Source: Candidatus Heimdallarchaeota archaeon | GTDB taxonomy: Archaea > Asgardarchaeota > Heimdallarchaeia > Heimdallarchaeales > Heimdallarchaeaceae | Length of the DNA: 11,789 nt | Reading direction: 5' to 3' | Assembly (NCBI GenBank): GCA_019057375.1 | Contig: DXJF01000055.1 | Location: 1 to 11,789, forward strand | Shown here: positions 1-6,318 of the stretch, piece by piece | Position numbering within the stretch: the stretch's first letter is position 1 | Layout: the number at the start of each line of letters is the position of its first letter | The notes under the pieces: generated by a model | Told to the model about the DNA's origin: nothing | Databases searched by the model: none | Seen by the model: only the letters and a program-made list of their open reading frames with translations | Made by a program: the position numbers and the translations under genes

Positions 1-60
1 TATAATCTAGAAGTTGATGAAGATAATTCTTATCTCGTTAATCGTGTTGCCGTTCATAAC
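1..60 (+). mobile_element. Intein C-terminal splicing region (blocks F and G); C-extein starts at Cys codon 61-63
   Basis: Translation [20 protein letters not shown]|C matches the intein block F (YxLxV...xY/F) and block G (N..vHN followed by C/S/T) pattern. It replaces the GIGPGSI expected before the IMPDH/GMPR catalytic Cys. Confidence 0.93.
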
Positions 61-591
61 TGCATCACCAGAATTGTTACTGGTAGTGGTGTTCCTCAAT
101 TAACTGCTATTATGGATTGTGCCAAAGTAGCTAAAGACTATGGTATCCCAATTATTGCTGATGGCGGTGTACGCAATTCAGGAGATCTTACAAAAGCTAT
201 CGCAGCAGGAGCTTCCACTGTCATGATTGGAGGTCTTTTTGCTGGAACAGAAGAGAGTCCCGGAATAACCATTTTACGCTCTGGAAGAAGCTATAAAGTC
301 GTTCGAGGAATGGCTAGTTTGGGAGCTACTTTAGGAAGAGAAGCCAGAGAGAAAAAAGGCTCTTTCGATGAGCTAGACATGGGGAGTGTAGTTCCTGAAG
401 GAGTAGAAGCTGTAGTACCTTATCGAGGATCTGCAGCTGATGTTCTTGAACAACTTGTTGGAGGACTAAGAAGTGGAATCTCCTACTGTGGTGCAACTAA
501 TCTTAAAGAGATGCAAAGTAATGCAGAATTTATCAAAATAACTGCTGCTGGACGTTCTGAGTCAGCTTCACATGATGTTGAGCGTATGTAA
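1..591 (+). CDS. guaB: IMP dehydrogenase / GMP reductase family protein, 5'-truncated by the window edge, intein-containing; may be a GMP reductase
   Basis: Frame 1 is open from base 1, upstream of the ORF-track Met at 112. After the intein end it reads [20 protein letters not shown], then [50 protein letters not shown]. These are hallmark IMPDH/GMPR motifs. Stop TAA at 589-591. Confidence 0.95.
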   Translation, partial: YNLEVDEDNSYLVNRVAVHNCITRIVTGSGVPQLTAIMDCAKVAKDYGIPIIADGGVRNSGDLTKAIAAGASTVMIGGLFAGTEESPGITILRSGRSYKVVRGMASLGATLGREAREKKGSFDELDMGSVVPEGVEAVVPYRGSAADVLEQLVGGLRSGISYCGATNLKEMQSNAEFIKITAAGRSESASHDVERM

Positions 592-620
592 ATAGATTTT
601 CTACTCAAACATGGACAAAA

Positions 621-632
621 GAAGTTAAATAA
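621..632 (+). promoter_or_regulatory. Putative BRE/TATA promoter for the Nudix-MBL gene
   Basis: Purine-rich run then TTAAATA at 625-631, about 28 nt before ATG 659. Confidence 0.45.
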
Positions 633-658
633 TGATTAGTCCCCCCTTACCTTGACAG

Positions 659-2173
659 ATGTCTGAGTATAGAACAATAGCTATTCTTGTTTTTAGAATC
701 TTTAGAGGCAAATATCATTTTTATCTCGTTAGAAGAGCTATAAACGTACCAGCTGTGCCTTCCACATGGACACCTATTGGCTCTGTAATCACTGCTCAAG
801 ATTTTAGGGTTGCTGAGGAACTAGAGAAGAAGTATGGTGATATTTCAGATAATATGGCAGACAAAGTAACAGTATTAAGACTTCTTTTAGAAAGGGATTT
901 AATTCATGATACAGAATTGCAAAGTTCTGTACCTCTGTTTACAGAAGTTCGACAAAAAATCTTGAAAATGGATCCTGCTTATGTAACTACTTTCTTCAGT
1001 TCAATGATTCCTTGGGGAAGACAAAAAGCATATCTTAATGAAGATATCCTAGATTGTTACTACTACCTTTATATTGTTCCAACATCTTCAATTTTCAGAA
1101 AAGGAAAATTATCCCAGTATTCAGAATATATAAGTTCGAGTGATATAGTTTTGGAAGAAAGAAGCTGGTGGTTCAAATCAAGTAAACTTGTAAAAAAATA
1201 TAACAAGATTGAAGGTCTTTTCGATCCAATTGTTATGACTTTCATTTCTAAATTATACCATGAAAAGAAGAAAATTGTAGATGTTGCTAGAGAGTTGGAT
1301 AAAGAAACTATTGATACACAAATTATCAAATTAGGTTTGCTTCCGAAAATATTGAAGTTTGAGACTCCAGCTCCTACTCGAACTCCTTTTGATCTATGTA
1401 ATATCTATGTTGTTGGTAACGAACGACAATATATTATTGATCCTGGTTCAACTACTTCCAAAGCTATTACAGTTCTTGAAAAATATATTGAAGAGAATTT
1501 GGATAAAATTGATGGTATTCTTTTAACTAGTCATTTAGTTGATCATTGTAACCAAGCTCTCCAACTTAAGGAAAAATATGATATCCCATTATATGCTTCT
1601 GAAGAAACAGCAAAAGAATTAGTAGATGAGGGATTTGTTTTTAATTCGCATCTAAAGAAAGGAATGAAAATCTTTCTGGGAACATATGAACCTCTTGGAA
1701 TTAGAAAATGGGAACTTGAAGTTGTGGAACTTCCAGGATATACAAAAGGTCATTTGGGTTATTATGATCCCCGAGGAGTTTTGTTTTCAGGAAGTCTTCT
1801 TCATAAAGGAATTGTCAGTTCTATTGGTTCTTACGATAATGCTTATTCTGATTTCATTAGCAGCTTAAAGAAAATATCAAAATATAACTTAAAATACGCT
1901 CTTTCTGGTCATAGAGATATTATTTCAGATGTGAAACAAGCTATTAATTTTAATCTGAAGAATCTTAAAATGAATGAAGGATTCATCATACGCTTGTTAA
2001 AGGAAGGAAAATCAACTTTAGATGAACTTATTAACGCAGTTTTGAGAAATTCTGATTTAGAATGGAGAGATAGTGCAGTTAATATTGTACTTACTATTCT
2101 ATCAAAATTGACAAAGGAAAGTAAAATTAAAAAACGCGGTGAGGACTACTTTTGTGTAAATAGCACTAATTAG
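659..2173 (+). CDS. Nudix-like / metallo-beta-lactamase (LACTB2-like) / winged-helix fusion protein with degenerate catalytic motifs
   Basis: N-terminal YLVRR...WTPIGSV...D...LRLLLER resembles the NUDT19-type Nudix fold. The C-terminal half has MBL landmarks IIDPG, ILLTSHLVDH, PGYTKGH, FSGSLL and SGH. The final ~65 aa resemble the LACTB2-type WH domain. Confidence 0.8.
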   Translation: MSEYRTIAILVFRIFRGKYHFYLVRRAINVPAVPSTWTPIGSVITAQDFRVAEELEKKYGDISDNMADKVTVLRLLLERDLIHDTELQSSVPLFTEVRQKILKMDPAYVTTFFSSMIPWGRQKAYLNEDILDCYYYLYIVPTSSIFRKGKLSQYSEYISSSDIVLEERSWWFKSSKLVKKYNKIEGLFDPIVMTFISKLYHEKKKIVDVARELDKETIDTQIIKLGLLPKILKFETPAPTRTPFDLCNIYVVGNERQYIIDPGSTTSKAITVLEKYIEENLDKIDGILLTSHLVDHCNQALQLKEKYDIPLYASEETAKELVDEGFVFNSHLKKGMKIFLGTYEPLGIRKWELEVVELPGYTKGHLGYYDPRGVLFSGSLLHKGIVSSIGSYDNAYSDFISSLKKISKYNLKYALSGHRDIISDVKQAINFNLKNLKMNEGFIIRLLKEGKSTLDELINAVLRNSDLEWRDSAVNIVLTILSKLTKESKIKKRGEDYFCVNSTN

Positions 2174-2185
2174 TCATACTATCAC

Positions 2186-2199
2186 CAAAACTTATATTT
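2186..2199 (+). promoter_or_regulatory. BRE/TATA promoter for the rdhA-like gene (probably leaderless)
   Basis: CAAAACTTATATTT, with the TATA at 2192-2199 about 23-30 nt before ATG 2219/2222. Confidence 0.6.
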
Positions 2200-2218
2200 A
2201 TTCTAAATTTCCATTTGC

Positions 2219-3670
2219 ATGATGAGCCTTCAGATAGTTGTTGAAATCTGCAATCCTAATGATTGTCAGCATGAATGTGTATCAGTTTGTCCCCAAAACA
2301 AAAAAGGAAAAATTGCAATCAAAGTTGAAAAAACAATAGTTGAAATAAATAAAAGTAATTGTATAAATTGTTTGCAATGTGTCTATGCTTGTCCTTTTGA
2401 TGCCATAGAAGTTGTCTTGAAAAACAAGAATAAAATTACTAAGGAAACTCTACAATCTAAAGAGAAAGAAAGACAAAGAAAAAAAGATAAGAAATTGTTT
2501 GAGATAAATGAAGATGTTTATGAACCTTTCAATGAAAAATATACTATTTTCAGTCGTAGAATGTGGGATGAGGAGTATGAAGGATTTAAGAAACCTATTT
2601 TTGGAAAAGCAAAAGAACGCATTGAAATGGGTTTAGATGGCTACTCTGAAATTGAATTAGCTGCAGTCGATGCTGCATGGTCAGTTGAAAATCTTGTAAG
2701 TATGCATGAATTTCAGAAGGAAAGACCAAAAACATTGGATGAAGAAAACAAGAAGAAACTTGAAGAACAGAAGGTAAAAATCAAACTTAAACAAGTCAAT
2801 TATGATGTTCAAGAACCACAGCAGTACAAAGTTGAAGATCCAGAAGAGATGTCCAAATGGTTGAAGAAGGTTTCCAAATTCTATGGAGCGAATCTGATAG
2901 GTGTAGCAAAGTATGATCCAAAGTGGATTTACACTCACGATAGAATGGATAGACCTTATGTAATTCCTGAAAAAATAAAATATGTCGTAGTTTTAGTAGT
3001 TGAAATGGATCTAGATGCGATTAAAACAACTCCAAAAATGCCTGGCGGTATAGCCACAGGACTTGGGTATTCTAAAATAGCTTTTGTAAGAACACTAGTA
3101 TCAAGCTTTATCAAGAATTTAGGTTATGAAGCAATCCCTGCTGGAAATGCTCTAGGCTTGTCTGTTCCAGTGGCTGTTGAAGCAGGACTTGGAGGATATG
3201 GTCGTCATGGTCTGTTGATAACAAAGGAATATGGTCCTAGAGTAAGAGTTGCAAAAATATTAACTGATATGCCACTAGTAACTGACAAACCTAGTTATCG
3301 TTTTGCTAAATCTGTTGAACGTTTCTGTGAAACCTGTATGACCTGTGCTGAGAAATGTCCAAGTGCATCAATTTCCTTTGATAAAAAACCATCCTACAAA
3401 ACATATAGTATAAGCAATAATCCTGGAGTGAAGAAATGGTATGTTAATGTTGACACTTGTTATATGTTTTGGATAGAAAATGGCGGAGATTGTAGCGTGT
3501 GTATATCTGATTGTGAATATAATCACAAGCCAACCTGGCCTCATAAAGTAGCTAATTGGATTGTTATGAATTTGCCAATTTTCAATCCTATATGGCCTTA
3601 TGTTGGAAAATTATTAGGCTATGGAGGAAATAAATCAGCTAAGAAATTCTGGAAGAAGATTAATGTCTAG
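2219..3670 (+). CDS. rdhA: Reductive dehalogenase-like cobalamin/[4Fe-4S] protein with an N-terminal ABCE1/RLI-type ferredoxin domain
   Basis: Core motifs: KKVSKFYGANLIGVA, GYS, LGYEAIP, PVAVEAGLGGYGRHGLLITKEYGPRVRVAKILTDMPL, CETCMTCAEKCP and C-x10-CSVCISDC, ending in a LLGYG tail. The N-terminus carries Cx4Cx3Cx3CP and Cx2Cx2Cx3CP. No TAT (RRxFLK) signal. Start is ATG 2219 or 2222. Confidence 0.88.
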   Translation: MMSLQIVVEICNPNDCQHECVSVCPQNKKGKIAIKVEKTIVEINKSNCINCLQCVYACPFDAIEVVLKNKNKITKETLQSKEKERQRKKDKKLFEINEDVYEPFNEKYTIFSRRMWDEEYEGFKKPIFGKAKERIEMGLDGYSEIELAAVDAAWSVENLVSMHEFQKERPKTLDEENKKKLEEQKVKIKLKQVNYDVQEPQQYKVEDPEEMSKWLKKVSKFYGANLIGVAKYDPKWIYTHDRMDRPYVIPEKIKYVVVLVVEMDLDAIKTTPKMPGGIATGLGYSKIAFVRTLVSSFIKNLGYEAIPAGNALGLSVPVAVEAGLGGYGRHGLLITKEYGPRVRVAKILTDMPLVTDKPSYRFAKSVERFCETCMTCAEKCPSASISFDKKPSYKTYSISNNPGVKKWYVNVDTCYMFWIENGGDCSVCISDCEYNHKPTWPHKVANWIVMNLPIFNPIWPYVGKLLGYGGNKSAKKFWKKINV

Positions 3671-3680
3671 CTTCTTTCCT

Positions 3681-4535
3681 TTAACCAAAGAAATCAGCTA
3701 GTTTCTGTTGACCTTTGAATGTAGTTTTTTTAGGTTCAAGAGGAATAAGATTTTTTTCTGCAAGTAGATCTTTGAATTTTCTTGCTGCTGGAGGTGCATA
3801 TCCAGAAAAATGGTTGTTAATGAAAACATATCCTGTGCTTTTGTTAGTATTTTTTGAGTAAGCATCAGCCAGTTGACCTACTGTCTTTTCCATCAATTCT
3901 GTTTGATCCTTTAACTCCTTACCAAGACCAATCGTTTGCTTATGTGAACCTATTATTCTTAGATAGAAATAATCTTTTTTTACTTCCTCAAAAAGATTGA
4001 ATTTAATATATGGTAAAAATGAACTGACAATTCCTATATTTTTCTCATTAAGTAGATTATATGTATCATCGTTATACCAGCTGTTATGTCGAAATTCTAT
4101 GACTAGTTGATAGTCGGAATGTGGGAAAAATGAAATGAAATCATAGATTTGTTCTCTTGTTGAAGCGTTCTTTTCAAAACTAGGTTTTAGTTGCATAACA
4201 AGAGGGCCAAGTTTCTTTTTCAAAGGATTCATGATGAGTAGAAACGATTTGAGATTCTGCTCAACAACTGATAGATTATCAGCTTGGCAAATCGATTTGG
4301 GGATTTTTGCAGTTAGTACAAAATCATCAGGTAGAGATTTGTTCCATCTAGCTGTTGTTTCTAATTTTGGAAATGCATAGAAGGTAGAATTAATCTCACA
4401 AGTTGTAAATTGAGTAGAATAAAACTCCAAGAGAGCATATTTGTCTATCTTCGCAGGATAAAAACCTCCAAGATTGGATTTCCAGTCTTCATAGTTAAAA
4501 CCAGTACATCCTACATGTATTTTTATATCTTGCAT
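3681..4535 (-). CDS. DUF72 (YecE-like TIM-barrel) protein with C-terminal PIP box
   Basis: IHVGCTGFNYEDW, GFYP, CEINSTFY, FVLTAKIP, IEFRHNSW, YLRIIG and FINNH are DUF72 landmarks. ATG 4535 is preferred over TTG 4544 given the promoter position. Confidence 0.9.
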   Translation of the reverse strand: MQDIKIHVGCTGFNYEDWKSNLGGFYPAKIDKYALLEFYSTQFTTCEINSTFYAFPKLETTARWNKSLPDDFVLTAKIPKSICQADNLSVVEQNLKSFLLIMNPLKKKLGPLVMQLKPSFEKNASTREQIYDFISFFPHSDYQLVIEFRHNSWYNDDTYNLLNEKNIGIVSSFLPYIKFNLFEEVKKDYFYLRIIGSHKQTIGLGKELKDQTELMEKTVGQLADAYSKNTNKSTGYVFINNHFSGYAPPAARKFKDLLAEKNLIPLEPKKTTFKGQQKLADFFG

Positions 4536-4563
4536 CTTACTCAACTTTTCACGACTTTTTTAA

Positions 4564-4575
4564 CTATAAAAGTTT
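4564..4575 (-). promoter_or_regulatory. BRE/TATA promoter for the DUF72 gene
   Basis: Minus strand reads AAACTTTTATAG, with the TATA about 29-36 nt upstream of ATG 4535. Confidence 0.55.
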
Positions 4576-4661
4576 GATATTTCCATCTTCAAAAGTTTTT
4601 CCAAAATCTATTGCGGATAGAACTATTAGAATCTATTTAAAAGATGTTTCACATGTAAAAA

Positions 4662-4750
4662 TGCCGATAGGCACCCCTTGCCCTAGAGGATGCATGAGTG
4701 ACCAGCGCCGAGTAAAAAACTGGCACTCGAATTTCCTCTCTTGGTCTAGG
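4662..4750 (+). ncRNA. Candidate structured small RNA of unknown family (strand uncertain)
   Basis: 48 of 89 nt are G/C (54%) inside an AT-rich spacer. Pairings: TGCC-GATA-GGCA hairpin (4662-4673); AGAGGA 4685-4690 with TCCTCT 4734-4739; GAGTG(A)CCAG 4696-4705 with CTGGCACTC 4720-4728. TTTAAAA lies at 4636-4642 upstream and TTTT at 4757-4760 downstream. No family match was recognised. Confidence 0.4.
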
Positions 4751-4810
4751 ATTCACTTTTATAATGTTAAATAAATGTAATTCGAGGATATTTTTAATCT
4801 GGTTTCAAGC

Positions 4811-4823
4811 AAAACTTTTAGTA
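4811..4823 (+). promoter_or_regulatory. BRE/TATA promoter for the MFS gene (leaderless start at ATG 4848)
   Basis: AAAACTTTTAGTA, 25-32 nt before ATG 4848. Same AAAACTT(T/A)TA motif as at other genes. An alternative TTTTATAA lies at 4757-4764. Confidence 0.5.
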
Positions 4824-4847
4824 GAACGTACTAAACTCATAATATTC

Positions 4848-6227
4848 ATGCCTGATTCTGATTCTTCAATAGATTTACTTGAACCAATTCCATTAGGTGT
4901 ATCTATAGAGGATTCAGATTATGAAATTGAAAGAGCTGAAGAAATTGCTCTTTACTCTCGTTCAATCGCTACTAATGTATCCAATGGTCTAGTAAGTCCA
5001 TTTGTCTCGTTTATTTCATTAAATTTAGGTGCATCAGCTGGAATTTTGGGTTGGATTCAAGCAATAGCTAACCTTCTAAGACAATTTTTGGATCCTTTTT
5101 TTGGACGACTTTCAGATATGGTTAGAAGAAGAATTCCCTTTATAGTTATTTCAACTATAACTTGGATTATTCCTTACGTTTTTCTTTATTGGGTTAAGGC
5201 TCCTGAATTCGTTATTCTCATTGTAGCACTTGTTAACATCTTGTTAAGTTTAGGTAATCCTGCTTGGAATGCTTTACAGAATGAACTTTTTCCAAAAGAG
5301 GTTAGAGGTAAACTTACTGGTAGGGTTTTCTGGTTTGGATCATTTGGCAGTATGATTGCTACACTTTTTACTGGAGTAATTCTTACCTTTGCTTTTGGAG
5401 AAAACATCGAATATCAAAAGTATATCCTCATTCCAGTTGGTATAGGAGTTTTGATTTCCATTATAGCTGTGCTTCCTTTCAGAAAGATAGAAGAACCACT
5501 AAGAAGGGAAGGAGTGCAATTTGAAAAAATTGATGGAAATTTGAAAGATGGAATCAAAGAGATTTTTAGGAATAAACCTTTCAGAAAATTTATGCTTCTT
5601 TATTCAATCTTTGGTCTGTTTTGGACTTTTTCTTGGCCATTATTTAGTCTTAAACAGATTAATGTTTTGAATGCATCAGCAGTACAAGTCGCTTTGCTTG
5701 AAATCATCTTTGCAGTTACAACAATATTGTTTATTATGTTGGGAGCTAAGATAGCAGATAAGTTTGGAAGAACAAAACTCATTCTGATTAATCGTATGAT
5801 TTTGTTTCTCTTCCCTCTTGGATATATTTTTGCTTCTAAAATCTGGCATCTTTATTTGGTACACTTCTTTATTGCAAGTATATTCAATCTAAGTTTTGCT
5901 GGAGTGAATGCATATATTTTAGATATAATCCCTAGAAAAAATAGTGGGTTATATTTTGGTGTTCTGGGTTTGGTTACAGGAGTATTCTACTTTATAGGAA
6001 CCCTACTAGGAGGATATTTAGTCCAAGTACTACAAAATTGGTATTCACAAGAAGTTTCTCTTACTATAGCTCTTGCTTTTGTTACTATAATGAGATTCAT
6101 ATTAGGATTCATGTTCCTCTCATTGAAGGAAGTGAAGAAATTTTCTTCATCTTACAGAGAATTACCACATTATGCTTTATCGAGTTTTGTAAATTTAGTG
6201 AGAAAACCATTTCGAGGAAAGAAGTAA
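4848..6227 (+). CDS. Major facilitator superfamily transporter
   Basis: About 12 hydrophobic segments. MFS motif A variants GRLSDMVRRR and AKIADKFGRTK, plus ELFPKEVRGKLTG. ATG 4848 (MPDSD) is chosen over ATG 4764 because the extension is promoter-like DNA. Confidence 0.92.
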   Translation: MPDSDSSIDLLEPIPLGVSIEDSDYEIERAEEIALYSRSIATNVSNGLVSPFVSFISLNLGASAGILGWIQAIANLLRQFLDPFFGRLSDMVRRRIPFIVISTITWIIPYVFLYWVKAPEFVILIVALVNILLSLGNPAWNALQNELFPKEVRGKLTGRVFWFGSFGSMIATLFTGVILTFAFGENIEYQKYILIPVGIGVLISIIAVLPFRKIEEPLRREGVQFEKIDGNLKDGIKEIFRNKPFRKFMLLYSIFGLFWTFSWPLFSLKQINVLNASAVQVALLEIIFAVTTILFIMLGAKIADKFGRTKLILINRMILFLFPLGYIFASKIWHLYLVHFFIASIFNLSFAGVNAYILDIIPRKNSGLYFGVLGLVTGVFYFIGTLLGGYLVQVLQNWYSQEVSLTIALAFVTIMRFILGFMFLSLKEVKKFSSSYRELPHYALSSFVNLVRKPFRGKK

Positions 6228-6272
6228 TAATTTTCAAATTTCAGATTTAAGTTGCGTGTTGATTGAGTTCAA

Positions 6273-6310
6273 TTTATAAACGTAAGAACTTCTTTGCTCA
6301 TGAAGGTGGA
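6273..6310 (+). promoter_or_regulatory. TATA box (TTTATAAA 6273-6280) and SD-like GGTGGA (6305-6310) for lat
   Basis: Canonical archaeal TATA and SD spacing before ATG 6319. Confidence 0.6.
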
Positions 6311-6318
6311 TATTGAAA

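Noticed and set aside
112-591. ORF-track start at Met 112
   Set aside because: It is an internal Met. The frame is open from base 1 and includes the catalytic Cys and the intein end.
4702-4729. H-type pseudoknot CCAG/CTGG plus CGAGT/ACTCG
   Set aside because: Loop geometry (6-nt central loop, 1-nt L3) is atypical. The simple GAGTG(A)CCAG/CTGGCACTC hairpin explains the same bases, so it is kept only as an alternative pairing.
4685-4739. SECIS-like pattern AUGA...AAAAAA...GA in the structured element
   Set aside because: Spacing does not fit (16 nt from AUGA to AA, 13 nt from AA to GA). Watson-Crick GAGUG/CACUC pairing competes with the GA quartet, and no in-frame UGA selenoprotein is adjacent.
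4662-4750. tRNA, 5S rRNA, lysine or FMN riboswitch, RNase P, hammerhead or HDV ribozyme identity for the GC-rich element
   Set aside because: Only short coincidental resemblances (AGAGGAUGC, CCAGCG..GAGUA, minus-strand AGGGCAAGGGGUG and GAGGAAA). No cloverleaf or T-loop, and the conserved cores and lengths are missing.
4574-4774. 66-aa ORF over the intergenic region
   Set aside because: TTG start, no recognisable protein features, and it spans promoter motifs and the structured element.
4764-4847. N-terminal extension of the MFS ORF from ATG 4764
   Set aside because: It overlaps a TATA/BRE motif. ATG 4848 fits promoter spacing.
4860-4880. Eukaryote-style dileucine sorting signal (SIDLL) in the MFS tail
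   Set aside because: It fits neither [DE]xxxL[LI] nor DxxLL spacing.
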